DNA of 32,000 nt, taken from NCBI RefSeq assembly GCF_000803625.1, contig NZ_CP007496.1:1-32000 (forward strand), written 5' to 3'. The first letter of the stretch is position 1. Each line of letters begins with the position of its first letter. Origin of the DNA: Candidatus Nanosynbacter lyticus (GTDB lineage Bacteria > Patescibacteriota > Saccharimonadia > Saccharimonadales > Saccharimonadaceae). The notes under the pieces are model-generated. The model had not been told where the DNA came from. It worked only from the letters and a program-made list of their open reading frames with translations, and did no database searches. The translations under genes and the position numbers were made by a program. This document shows, piece by piece, positions 1-8,611 of the stretch.

Positions 1-1356
1 GTGGATAGTCATGCAGTTTGGCAGGGTGTATTAGGTGAAATTGAAGTAACTGTATCGTCATCATCTTTTACGGCGTGGTTTAAAAACACGAAACTAGAAA
101 TAATATCAGATAAAGAAATCTCAATAATTGCCCCAAATATTTTTGCTCGCACTCAACTCGAAAAGCGTTTTCACCCACAAATACTTGAAGCTTTATCTCA
201 TAACGGAATAAATTCTCCATCAATCTCCTACCATGTTGAATCCAGCAATAAAAAGCCTCGTATTAACCGTGAGATTACTAAAACCGAGAGTCAGGAATCG
301 TCAGCGCCGCTCATCTTACCATCAAAAAAATCTCATGCCAGTAATCTAAATCCTCGCTACACATTTGATAATTTCATCGTTGGCTCTAGTAACGACTTGG
401 CTTACGCTGCCTGTCAGGCCGTCGCCTCTCACCCCGGAGAAAAATATAACCCGCTTTATTTGTATGGTGGATCTGGACTTGGTAAAACTCACTTAATGCA
501 AGCGGTTGGTAATGAGATAATTAGAAAACAACCATCCGCCCGCGTACTATATATCACCACAGAAACTTTTGTGAATGAATTTCTTGACTCAATTCGCTTT
601 AAGAAAAAGGGTTTTTCGGATAAGTACCGCAATGTTGACGTCCTAATCGTTGATGATATGCAATTTATCGCCGGCAAAGAAAAAACTCAGGATGAATTCT
701 TCCATACGTTTAATGACCTTCATCAGAACAACAAACAGATAATTATTAGCTCCGATAAACCACCGAAGAGTATTCCAACCTTAACGGATCGTTTACGTAG
801 TCGCTTCGAATGGGGTATGGCAATTGATATTCAGATGCCAGATTATGAGACTCGTTGTGCCATAATCAAAGCGAAGGCTGAGCTCAGTAATACCGAATTA
901 GATTCTGATGTCGTAGAATACTTAGCAACTAACTTTAAAACAAATATTCGCGAATTAGAGGGCGCATTAAACCGGCTCTTAGCATATGCGGAAATGCAAA
1001 ACTTCACTCCAGACCTTATGGCAGCTGAGGGTATTTTAGGCGATATCAAGCGTAGCCGCCCACAACATGTCACCGCCAAGCAAATTATCGATAAGACTGC
1101 TCGCTATTATAATATCGACGTGAAAGATATGTGCTCGTCCAGGCGCGATAAGTTTATTGCCACACCGAGGCAAATTGCTATGTTCCTACTGCGCAGTGAG
1201 CTGAAAATGAGCTTCCCAAAAATTGCCCAAGAGCTTGGACGGAAGGACCACACGACCGCTATGCACTCAATTGAAAAAATTACTAAGGAAAGCCTTACCA
1301 ATGTAAGCATTCATGAACAAATTAATGATATTAAGGATAAATTATATGCTCATTAG
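1..1356 (+). CDS. dnaA: Chromosomal replication initiator protein DnaA
   Basis: 451-aa ORF with a GTG start at window position 1. AAA+ Walker A GGSGLGKTHL and Walker B LIVDDMQF. C-terminal DNA-binding region RQIAMFLLR...GRKDHTTAMHSIEKI is typical of DnaA domain IV. Followed by dnaN. Confidence 0.97.
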   Translation: MDSHAVWQGVLGEIEVTVSSSSFTAWFKNTKLEIISDKEISIIAPNIFARTQLEKRFHPQILEALSHNGINSPSISYHVESSNKKPRINREITKTESQESSAPLILPSKKSHASNLNPRYTFDNFIVGSSNDLAYAACQAVASHPGEKYNPLYLYGGSGLGKTHLMQAVGNEIIRKQPSARVLYITTETFVNEFLDSIRFKKKGFSDKYRNVDVLIVDDMQFIAGKEKTQDEFFHTFNDLHQNNKQIIISSDKPPKSIPTLTDRLRSRFEWGMAIDIQMPDYETRCAIIKAKAELSNTELDSDVVEYLATNFKTNIRELEGALNRLLAYAEMQNFTPDLMAAEGILGDIKRSRPQHVTAKQIIDKTARYYNIDVKDMCSSRRDKFIATPRQIAMFLLRSELKMSFPKIAQELGRKDHTTAMHSIEKITKESLTNVSIHEQINDIKDKLYAH

Positions 1357-1601
1357 TTGTGGAAAAGCTGTGCAGACCCTGTGTTTTTTTGGCGGATTAC
1401 TAACACACAGATATGTGGAAAGAATGAATTACTATGTTAAGCAGTGGAATAGTAGAATAATATCCACCATAAAGCCCACAGCCAATACACAGAGTTTTCC
1501 ACCTATAAAATCAACCAACTACCTCTATCTGAATACATTTTTTACCCAGTTTCCACAATACCTATTACTATTAAGACTAATTAAAAATTAAGGAAAGTAT
1601 A
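1357..1601. promoter_or_regulatory. Candidate oriC segment: cluster of DnaA-box-like 9-mers plus an AT-rich tract in the dnaA-dnaN spacer
   Basis: Five matches to TTATCCACA with 1-2 mismatches, local consensus TTTCCAC(A/C). Sites: 1358-1366 (complement TTTTCCACA), 1414-1422 (complement CTTTCCACA), 1460-1468 ATATCCACC, 1495-1503 TTTTCCACC, 1549-1557 GTTTCCACA. AT-rich stretch at 1560-1600. The dnaN Shine-Dalgarno AAGGAAAG lies just before 1602. Confidence 0.6.
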
Positions 1602-2699
1602 ATGAAAGTATCGGTCACTCAAGAAAAACTTGCAAAAGCTCTTAATCTCATCAAAGACATTGCTTCAAGTCGTAATGAATTACCAATATTAAATAATATT
1701 TTACTATGTACTGATGGAGGCAGATTATTAATCGCTGGAACAAATTTGGAAATTGCCTCTACTCAATATATTGGTGCTAAAATTGATAAGCACGGCTCGA
1801 TTACCATCCCTGCTCGCTTGGTCTCAGAATTTATCTCAAACTTACCAAGCGGTACTGTTGAGCTTGAAGTCAAAAATGAGCATCTTCATATTACATCGGG
1901 TAAATTCTCATCAGTTATCAATGGTGTGGTGGCGGATGAGTATCCGGAATTACCAACAATTGACGAAAAAACTGCCATCCAATATGAAATCGATGTTGAA
2001 GATTTAAAGAAGGCGATAATTCAAACGAAAATTGCGGTTAGTTCTGATGTGACGCGGGCGGTTTTGACTGGTGTGTATTGGCATAATCACGAAGGCTCGT
2101 TATATCTGGCAGCTACTGATGGTTATCGATTGGCGGAAAAAAGACTAGCTAAGTCTAATGATGAAGTATCAGCTATTATCCCTGCTTCGACACTTTCAGA
2201 GGTAAGCAAGAGTGTTGGTGAAGAGAAAAAAATCACCGTTCTCTTTGATGAATCTCAAGTATGCTTCAGAACGGGAGATATGGAAATCGTTAGCCGGTTG
2301 ATTGACGGAAAATTCCCTGATTATCGTCAATTGATTCCGTCAAATTCAGAGACGGAAATCGTGATTAAAAAAGCTGATTTTAGTAGAGTGACAAAGATTG
2401 CAGCATTATTTGCGCGTGAATCTGGTGGCGGAATAACCGTGACCGCCTCAAAGGAAAACTCCCTATTATCTATCCACTCAATCGCATCTGAGCTAGGTGA
2501 AAACACCTCAGAAGCTTCGGCTTCTATATCAGCTGACGGTCAAGTAACACTTAATTCGCGCTATTTAACGGAAGTTCTGAATATTATTGATGCTGACGAA
2601 ATTACATTCTCGTTTAACGGTAAATTATCGCCATGTGTCATCCGAGAGCAGGTAAAAAACCCTGATTATACACACATTATTATGCCACTTAAGAGTTAG
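1602..2699 (+). CDS. dnaN: DNA polymerase III beta sliding clamp
   Basis: 365-aa ORF directly after dnaA. N-terminus MKVSVTQEKLAKALNLI...LPILNNILL. Three-domain length and the ATDGYRLA motif are typical of DnaN. Confidence 0.95.
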   Translation: MKVSVTQEKLAKALNLIKDIASSRNELPILNNILLCTDGGRLLIAGTNLEIASTQYIGAKIDKHGSITIPARLVSEFISNLPSGTVELEVKNEHLHITSGKFSSVINGVVADEYPELPTIDEKTAIQYEIDVEDLKKAIIQTKIAVSSDVTRAVLTGVYWHNHEGSLYLAATDGYRLAEKRLAKSNDEVSAIIPASTLSEVSKSVGEEKKITVLFDESQVCFRTGDMEIVSRLIDGKFPDYRQLIPSNSETEIVIKKADFSRVTKIAALFARESGGGITVTASKENSLLSIHSIASELGENTSEASASISADGQVTLNSRYLTEVLNIIDADEITFSFNGKLSPCVIREQVKNPDYTHIIMPLKS

Positions 2700-3336
2700 T
2701 GGAAAATGGTGATAACCTAGATGCTGCTTCGGATAAAATTTCTTCTGGAATATTTTTAGTATTATAAGTAGTATTGATTATTTGTGGTCTAGTTTTAATT
2801 GTCCATTTATTATTTTCTTTTTTTAATATGACAGTGTAGGCGTCTCCTGAATTTCTATCTATATCCTCTCTTTGATAGGTGGCGGCATACCAATCGATAT
2901 TCTTTCCTAATATAATTTCCTTTTTAAGTATGAAATATGATTTTAATTCTGGGTATTTAGTAAATAATACAGCTGAAATCTCATTTTTGTATTCGGCTAT
3001 TTTATTGGACATAAATTTCTTGCTGTAGCTGGTTTTTATAGATACATCCCTGTCTGATCCTTCGACTGTAAATTCTGTGTAATTTTCATTTATATGTCCA
3101 GACTTAGATGAGGTTTTAATTATATATTTGCCATCTGATAATTTTATTTTAGTATCTCCTGCTAACGATATAATTTCAGTGTTATTTTTTGCATTATTGC
3201 GATATATTTTAGCCGATAAGTCTGGTTTGTCGAAAAATATCGAAATAGTATAGGTTGGTTGAATGAAGAAAAAAGACAATAATAATAGTACGACTATTAT
3301 AGAACTTATTATTATAATAATATTTCTTCGATTCAT
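2689..3336 (-). CDS. Hypothetical bitopic membrane protein (N-terminal TM, PEGA-like beta-rich region, C-terminal globular domain); last gene of the T4SS-like cluster
   Basis: 215-aa ORF. TM helix IIIIISSIIVVLLLLSFFFI. Very AT-rich coding sequence. 3-nt gap to the upstream gene. 3' end overlaps the dnaN 3' end by 11 nt (convergent). Confidence 0.6.
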   Translation of the reverse strand: MNRRNIIIIISSIIVVLLLLSFFFIQPTYTISIFFDKPDLSAKIYRNNAKNNTEIISLAGDTKIKLSDGKYIIKTSSKSGHINENYTEFTVEGSDRDVSIKTSYSKKFMSNKIAEYKNEISAVLFTKYPELKSYFILKKEIILGKNIDWYAATYQREDIDRNSGDAYTVILKKENNKWTIKTRPQIINTTYNTKNIPEEILSEAASRLSPFSTNS

Positions 3337-3339
3337 AAA

Positions 3340-3948
3340 TTACTCCTTAAACACATTGGCATAATTTCTAAAAACAATATTTAGTTTTGATGGATCAAAT
3401 CCTTGTTCTTTAATTTTATTAATAGCAGCATTTCTATATCCTTCTATAGTATCGATCTCTACAATAATACCATTTGGGATATTTGGATCTACTCTATAGC
3501 CTATAGAGTATATTAGATTTTTGATAGGTAATTTTTTAATTATTGGATTTGCATCTTCTAATGCTTTTTGCTCGTCAACAAGTTTGTCTGTTGTAATTTT
3601 GTCTATTTCAGCGCCCCTAGAAGATGATTTTAACTCTTTAGTTGCCTCTTGAGTAATTGGAATAAGTGAAAATACTATCCTTAGTGGTTTATCTTTCTTT
3701 ACTTCTATATGAACGGTTTCGCTCTTAAAGCCATCTCTAGATGCTTTAAAATCATATATTCCTGGTTCTAGATATATAATTTGTGATCCGATAATTTTTT
3801 TATTTTCTACGGTAATTTCTGCTTTATTTGGTGAGACTAATAAAAATACTGGTACCGTATTAATTCTGGATGTATATATGACAATTCCGTAGGTTAATAT
3901 AATAAGTGATGATAAAAATAGTAATATACTAATTGTTCTTTTGTTCAT
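3340..3948 (-). CDS. Hypothetical bitopic membrane protein with PEGA-like domain
   Basis: 202-aa ORF. TM helix ISILLFLSSLIILTYGIVIY. The segment YLEPGIYDFKASRDGFKSETVHIEVKKDKPLRIVFSL resembles the PEGA beta-sandwich motif. Start codon overlaps the stop of the upstream hydrolase gene by 1 nt. Confidence 0.6.
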   Translation of the reverse strand: MNKRTISILLFLSSLIILTYGIVIYTSRINTVPVFLLVSPNKAEITVENKKIIGSQIIYLEPGIYDFKASRDGFKSETVHIEVKKDKPLRIVFSLIPITQEATKELKSSSRGAEIDKITTDKLVDEQKALEDANPIIKKLPIKNLIYSIGYRVDPNIPNGIIVEIDTIEGYRNAAINKIKEQGFDPSKLNIVFRNYANVFKE

Positions 3949-5162
3949 TATTTTTTCCTATACCAAGTTACACTTGGAGAAGTTAAACTTTCACCTCCTG
4001 CTTTTGGTGCATATTCGCATTGTGAAGCAGATGCTATTTTTGAATCAAAACCCTCTATATCGCCAACGTAAACAAAGGTATGTCCTGGGCTGTGTGCGAC
4101 ATCACCGGGTTTAAGATCTGCTATATTTATTGAGTTGCCAGCACCAAGATTTTGCCAGTTCTCTTCAGCCCAAGCACGCTGCGTGGCTGTCGGGCCAGCC
4201 TTACCGTTTTCGCCTCCGTAATTATAGTTCTTATCAAATCCACTGTCATTTAGTATCGTTGTCACAAAGGCACCACAGTCTACACCGCCCCCAAGACAAG
4301 AATCTCCAATGTATCTGTTCTCGCTTTTTGCCTTTTCTATAGCTTTTGCATATTCAGGTTTTTTATCTGTACGTACAGTTTTTTCTGGCCAGGCATAACG
4401 TTTGACATAGTCGATAAAGTCGCCGCCACTTGATGAAGAGCATCCTCCTCCGCTTCCGCCCGTACCATTGAATCTTTCATAAATCTTTTGAGCAGCAGCA
4501 CCACGTATATTTTTGACCTGCTCTTTAGTCATAGCTGATTTTTCAAAATCATCATGCCAAAAAATAGTAGCCTCCTCTACTGTTTTTAAGGTTTTTAGTA
4601 GCTCCCAAGAATTTGACGCAGTACCGAATCCAGAAGCTGTAACCGGTCTTTCCGTTCCTTCTTGAACCAGATACTCTAATTCGAAAATTAATAATTTATC
4701 GTTATCTTCTACAGGAATAGAGTCTATCATTCCTTTTTCGTTGGGTGCGCCACCATATTCTTGACTGTAATATTTTTTTAGATCGGATGGTATTTTATTA
4801 GCTATTAAAGTACGCCTTCCAAATGTCCATTGAGCAAGACCCCATCCTCCGGATTCCCATCCCTGTCCTACTTCATGCCTAGTAGGACTAAATCCTGACT
4901 CTGCTTGAATATTAGCCATCACACCAGCCGTTTGCTCTGCACTTAATCCGACATTACGCAAGTATCCCCAAATCTTTTCTTGATTGTCAGCTCCAGATAT
5001 ACCAGCAGACGAAGAATCGGAACATGTCGTGTCATTTTTATTAAACCATAAGATATTATTATTGATATATGTATTTGGATATCCTGCTGCATAAGAAATC
5101 GGCTGAACAGTAGATATAAATAATACGGCAATACAAATAGCAATGAATATTTTTTTATACAT
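3948..5162 (-). CDS. Secreted two-domain peptidoglycan hydrolase: lysozyme-like (phage-tail-lysozyme type) N-domain plus NlpC/P60-CHAP-like cysteine peptidase C-domain (CwlT-like architecture)
   Basis: Signal-like N-terminus MYKKIFIAICIAVLFISTV. The ATG at 5162 is preferred over the 5186 start given in the ORF track. Muramidase-type motif ANIQAESGFSPTRHE...GGWGLAQWT. G/S linker GTGGSGGGCSSSSGG. Candidate catalytic Cys in GVDCGAFV and His in SPGHTFVYVG. Confidence 0.8.
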   Translation of the reverse strand: MYKKIFIAICIAVLFISTVQPISYAAGYPNTYINNNILWFNKNDTTCSDSSSAGISGADNQEKIWGYLRNVGLSAEQTAGVMANIQAESGFSPTRHEVGQGWESGGWGLAQWTFGRRTLIANKIPSDLKKYYSQEYGGAPNEKGMIDSIPVEDNDKLLIFELEYLVQEGTERPVTASGFGTASNSWELLKTLKTVEEATIFWHDDFEKSAMTKEQVKNIRGAAAQKIYERFNGTGGSGGGCSSSSGGDFIDYVKRYAWPEKTVRTDKKPEYAKAIEKAKSENRYIGDSCLGGGVDCGAFVTTILNDSGFDKNYNYGGENGKAGPTATQRAWAEENWQNLGAGNSINIADLKPGDVAHSPGHTFVYVGDIEGFDSKIASASQCEYAPKAGGESLTSPSVTWYRKK

Positions 5163-5622
5163 CAGTCTGATTCCTCGCATATTCATTAACTATGTCCGTG
5201 GGTACGCCAGCTTGCTTTAGCGAATCTATCGTTTTTTCGCTATTGACTCCTGCAACGACTGTATTATCCTTAAAAATAGCATAAGAATCATAAGTGGAAT
5301 TAGTAATATGGCTAAAAATTGTCATTTTTATTAATTTAAATCCGCCCTGTTCTTTGACTAAGATATATTTTTTTAGTTCACGTTTTCCATACTTACTGGA
5401 AGTGGAATTAAGTAATTCAATGATAATATTCTGCTCAATTGGTTGTTGAGGGCTAGTCTTTTGGGTGGCTGATTTTTTACTGACGGTTTGCTCGGACGAT
5501 AAAATAGTGGTGTACTTACCTTTATCTGGATTTTTCGTGATAAAGAATACAACCAGAATATTTATGAAAAGCACGATAGATAATATTAGTATAGTTTTAT
5601 CTTCCCTATTCATATCAAACAT
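5155..5622 (-). CDS. Hypothetical small bitopic membrane protein (T4SS-cluster member)
   Basis: The ORF track gives 5155..5748, but its first 42 codons overlap the end of the M15 gene. The internal ATGs at 5622 (MFDM) or 5613 (MNRED) straddle the upstream TGA stop at 5617..5615, which suggests coupling. TM helix ILILSIVLFINILVVFFI followed by a domain of about 110 aa. Confidence 0.55.
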   Translation of the reverse strand: MFDMNREDKTILILSIVLFINILVVFFITKNPDKGKYTTILSSEQTVSKKSATQKTSPQQPIEQNIIIELLNSTSSKYGKRELKKYILVKEQGGFKLIKMTIFSHITNSTYDSYAIFKDNTVVAGVNSEKTIDSLKQAGVPTDIVNEYARNQTDV

Positions 5623-8608
5623 TCCTTGCGTACTCCCAATGCCACGGTTCTGGTTTACTGCCACCCGGTTTTGCCCAAGCTGGGTGAACGTAGCCATATT
5701 TATGTGCGTTCGCTTCCAGCCATTTATAGACAGCAGATCCAGTTCCACCGACGTTAATATCTACTGCTAGACCCCAACCGTGATTTGATATGCATGGAGG
5801 AGCTGGTGCTGCCGCCCCGCCCTGGTATCGTGGATTACCTGGAGTGGAGTAAGCAATTTGCGTATCGCAGTCTCTATACGCTTCGTTAATAGTTAAATCA
5901 ACACCAGTCTCGGCTTTATAAGCTTTATTCATTTCTTCCATAGCCTTCGCAGCTTTTTTATGCATTTTATCGCTTGATGAGAATGATAATGCTTGCAATT
6001 CTGAGTCTGGTATTTTACCGTTTTCATGTCCGCCCCAACCTTTCTGTTGCGCCTCTTCTAATTGTGGCTCGCCAATTGCATCGCCATCGTCAGCATTTTG
6101 AGACTTAGCTGAGCTACCTCCGTCATTCTCTTCATCTTCACCGTTAACTGATTGAGCGACTTGGTAGTCAATTAAAAGTACCGACATTGCAGATAATTTT
6201 CTATCACTATAAGTCTTATTTCCATCACCTGTTCCAAATGATTCGTTGGTAATTGCCGAACCGTCGGTTGGGTCAGTAAGATTTTGTTGCTTAATTGTTC
6301 CTGAAGAAGTTGAGCTAGATGGCGCCGTACAGCCGCCACTCTTAAACCAGTATTCTCCGGTACTAGCGTCGCTACAATCGCTAATAAAGTCATGAAGCGG
6401 TGTGTTGCTGACAATATAGCCACTACCTACGAGATCTTCTATAGTCGCATTATCTGGAACGTCCTTACTGTTGTCTATCCACCCTTCTTCCTCAGCGATT
6501 TTTAGTGCTTCTTCAGTAGACATATTAGCCTGGTCTTTAGTGATACCTGTACATGGTAGACCTGCTAAGTTAATTGCCGGATCGTCGGGCGAGCCACTAC
6601 CCATGTTAAAATCTTTAGCGTAGCTACAATATTTTTCTGAATATATACCACTTGCTGCCTTCGTGGTTGATGAATAGGCTAATGCCATTGATGGTAGTCT
6701 AAAAATATTAGAGAGCATTGCTGCTGGAGTTCTATTGTATGTAGCGTTTGCCAGCATCATATTTCCCATATTATGAACTATGCTGCCTAAGAAGGTATAT
6801 TTACTGGAGATGTCAAATGGACTTAATGAGGCGATATCCATATCTTTTTGAAACTTTTCATTGGCTATCTTTATACTATTGAACTCTGCTAGCTGACTTC
6901 GTTTTAGTCCTGGTAGCATTTGCCTCATGGATCCATTTGAAAAGAATGCAGCCGCTCCTACACCAAGCGAATCTCCCAAATCTTTATATCTAGCATTACC
7001 TGGAGTTAAGAGACTTTCTGCTAGTTCTAAAAGTAAACTTTTGACCGCCTCACCAGCAACCCATCCTAATAAAGACGCTGCCACTTGCTTAATTGCAACT
7101 TTACCAACTGCACTCACTAAAAAACCCACTCCACCAGTTGCCCATCCTGCCGCTAATTCTGCTGCTGTAAACGCATACATGGTATATGGACTAAGGATAA
7201 AATCACATGCTGGGGCGGTTTCTTCCTTGAGTTTATTAATAGACTGGATAGCTGGATTAGATATGACTGAATATCCAGGAACATAATTTTTGGCAATAGC
7301 TGGCTTATTACTATTAATGCCCATTGAAGCAAGTAATACTGGTGAATCTAGGGCGGATCCCTCGGTGTTTTCGGAGCCTTTTATTTTTCCTCTTTCCGTT
7401 AACATCGTGCCGATTGTGTCCATCGCCTCTGGTGTAAATCCGCTACCAAAACCTGATGCTTTAGCTTGAGACCCAGGAGACAAGACAACTTCCATAACTA
7501 AGGTAAGCAAAGGTGCTAACTGAATGGCAGTAACCCCCGAAGCAATAATGTTTGGGATTTTTACAACCATACACCCACCGGCAGCAATGCCATAAGCTAG
7601 GCCACCTTTCCCTACTCTTTCACTAAGACCAGTTATGCGATTATTTATATGACCGCTTGCTTTATTACTATCGAATCTTGGTAGTTTTTTCTTAAATTTA
7701 TCAACCCGTTCTTTTATACCAAGCTTTTTATCAATTTTATTGGCGATTCCACCATTTCTCTTTAGGCCCATTTTGTTATACATCTTCTGCATATGCTTTC
7801 CAGTCCAGGCATGGAAACGCATATTAAATAGCCCGGTTCTCCCGTAGACTTTATTCCCTATTTTCCTATTTTCCGGCTTAATCAGCTCATCTTTTAGTCT
7901 AGAGGCTTCAATCGGCTTGCCATTATTAATTCCTTCAACTTTATAATGTGAAGGATTCTTATCTGGGTATCCAGTTTTCTTTAGACTTATTTCACTGCCA
8001 TCCGCATTAACTGGTTTAATCCCTTGTTTTGATAGTTTTGATAGAGCTCTATTTGAGATTCTTCCCATTTTACAGCGCATTCCTTTTTTGCCTTGGCAAA
8101 TTCCTGCATTATCTTCGTTGCTAAAAACTCGATTAAAGTATTTTTTTAGACGGTGTTCCTTTACTGTTGAAGCTGAATCATTAGTCCCCGTCATATTTTC
8201 GACCATACTTGTCAGCATATTTATTGGGCTAGAAATAGTACCAAATATTCCGGCAATTAATCCCAATATTGCAGTGATTACTGCAATCGGTCCACGTTTT
8301 TTCAGTAAGGATTTAAATGTAACTGGACTTTTCTTTTTATGTTTACCAGACGGCTGATAAAAACCGTTATTAGGCACGGAAGATTCTCGCCCATTGACTG
8401 CTTCACTGGCGGAGTCATTTTGGTCGGGGTCAAGTTGATAATCCTTATTATCAAATTGAGACTCAAGGTCGTTTAAGACATCCTTTTCGCGAGCACTTAA
8501 TTCCGAACCGCTATCAAGTCCAGCTGAGATTTGATCGAACCTAGCCTGCTCGGCAGGATTTAATCTACTGTCAGTCTCGGAATCTGTCGTATAGTCAACT
8601 CGCGCCAT
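5615..8608 (-). CDS. 997-aa polytopic membrane protein with C-terminal peptidase M15 (VanY-like D,D-carboxypeptidase/endopeptidase) domain
   Basis: Acidic N-terminal tail, then TM helix GPIAVITAILGLIAGIFGTI and further hydrophobic segments. The C-terminal motifs INEAYRDCDTQ, SNHGWGLAVDI (H-x6-D zinc site) and EPWHWEY match the VanY/M15 signature. Confidence 0.8.
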   Translation of the reverse strand: MARVDYTTDSETDSRLNPAEQARFDQISAGLDSGSELSAREKDVLNDLESQFDNKDYQLDPDQNDSASEAVNGRESSVPNNGFYQPSGKHKKKSPVTFKSLLKKRGPIAVITAILGLIAGIFGTISSPINMLTSMVENMTGTNDSASTVKEHRLKKYFNRVFSNEDNAGICQGKKGMRCKMGRISNRALSKLSKQGIKPVNADGSEISLKKTGYPDKNPSHYKVEGINNGKPIEASRLKDELIKPENRKIGNKVYGRTGLFNMRFHAWTGKHMQKMYNKMGLKRNGGIANKIDKKLGIKERVDKFKKKLPRFDSNKASGHINNRITGLSERVGKGGLAYGIAAGGCMVVKIPNIIASGVTAIQLAPLLTLVMEVVLSPGSQAKASGFGSGFTPEAMDTIGTMLTERGKIKGSENTEGSALDSPVLLASMGINSNKPAIAKNYVPGYSVISNPAIQSINKLKEETAPACDFILSPYTMYAFTAAELAAGWATGGVGFLVSAVGKVAIKQVAASLLGWVAGEAVKSLLLELAESLLTPGNARYKDLGDSLGVGAAAFFSNGSMRQMLPGLKRSQLAEFNSIKIANEKFQKDMDIASLSPFDISSKYTFLGSIVHNMGNMMLANATYNRTPAAMLSNIFRLPSMALAYSSTTKAASGIYSEKYCSYAKDFNMGSGSPDDPAINLAGLPCTGITKDQANMSTEEALKIAEEEGWIDNSKDVPDNATIEDLVGSGYIVSNTPLHDFISDCSDASTGEYWFKSGGCTAPSSSTSSGTIKQQNLTDPTDGSAITNESFGTGDGNKTYSDRKLSAMSVLLIDYQVAQSVNGEDEENDGGSSAKSQNADDGDAIGEPQLEEAQQKGWGGHENGKIPDSELQALSFSSSDKMHKKAAKAMEEMNKAYKAETGVDLTINEAYRDCDTQIAYSTPGNPRYQGGAAAPAPPCISNHGWGLAVDINVGGTGSAVYKWLEANAHKYGYVHPAWAKPGGSKPEPWHWEYARNV

Positions 8609-8611
8609 CTT

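Noticed and set aside
1313-1591. 92-aa ORF filling the dnaA-dnaN spacer
   Set aside because: It overlaps the dnaA 3' end and the DnaA-box cluster, has an implausible composition and no translation signals. The region is better explained as origin or regulatory DNA.
5623-5748. Long form (197 aa) of the small bitopic protein gene starting at 5748
   Set aside because: The extra 42 codons overlap the conserved M15 peptidase C-terminus in another frame. The internal ATGs at 5622 and 5613 sit at the upstream stop codon, which fits the coupling seen elsewhere in the cluster.
6927-7286. 119-aa plus-strand ORF and similar ORFs of 60-130 aa (e.g. 9618-10001, 8088-8357, 8982-9251, 25138-25329)
   Set aside because: All are antisense to, or embedded within, long ORFs with strong family motifs. 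They have no independent start signals or motifs.
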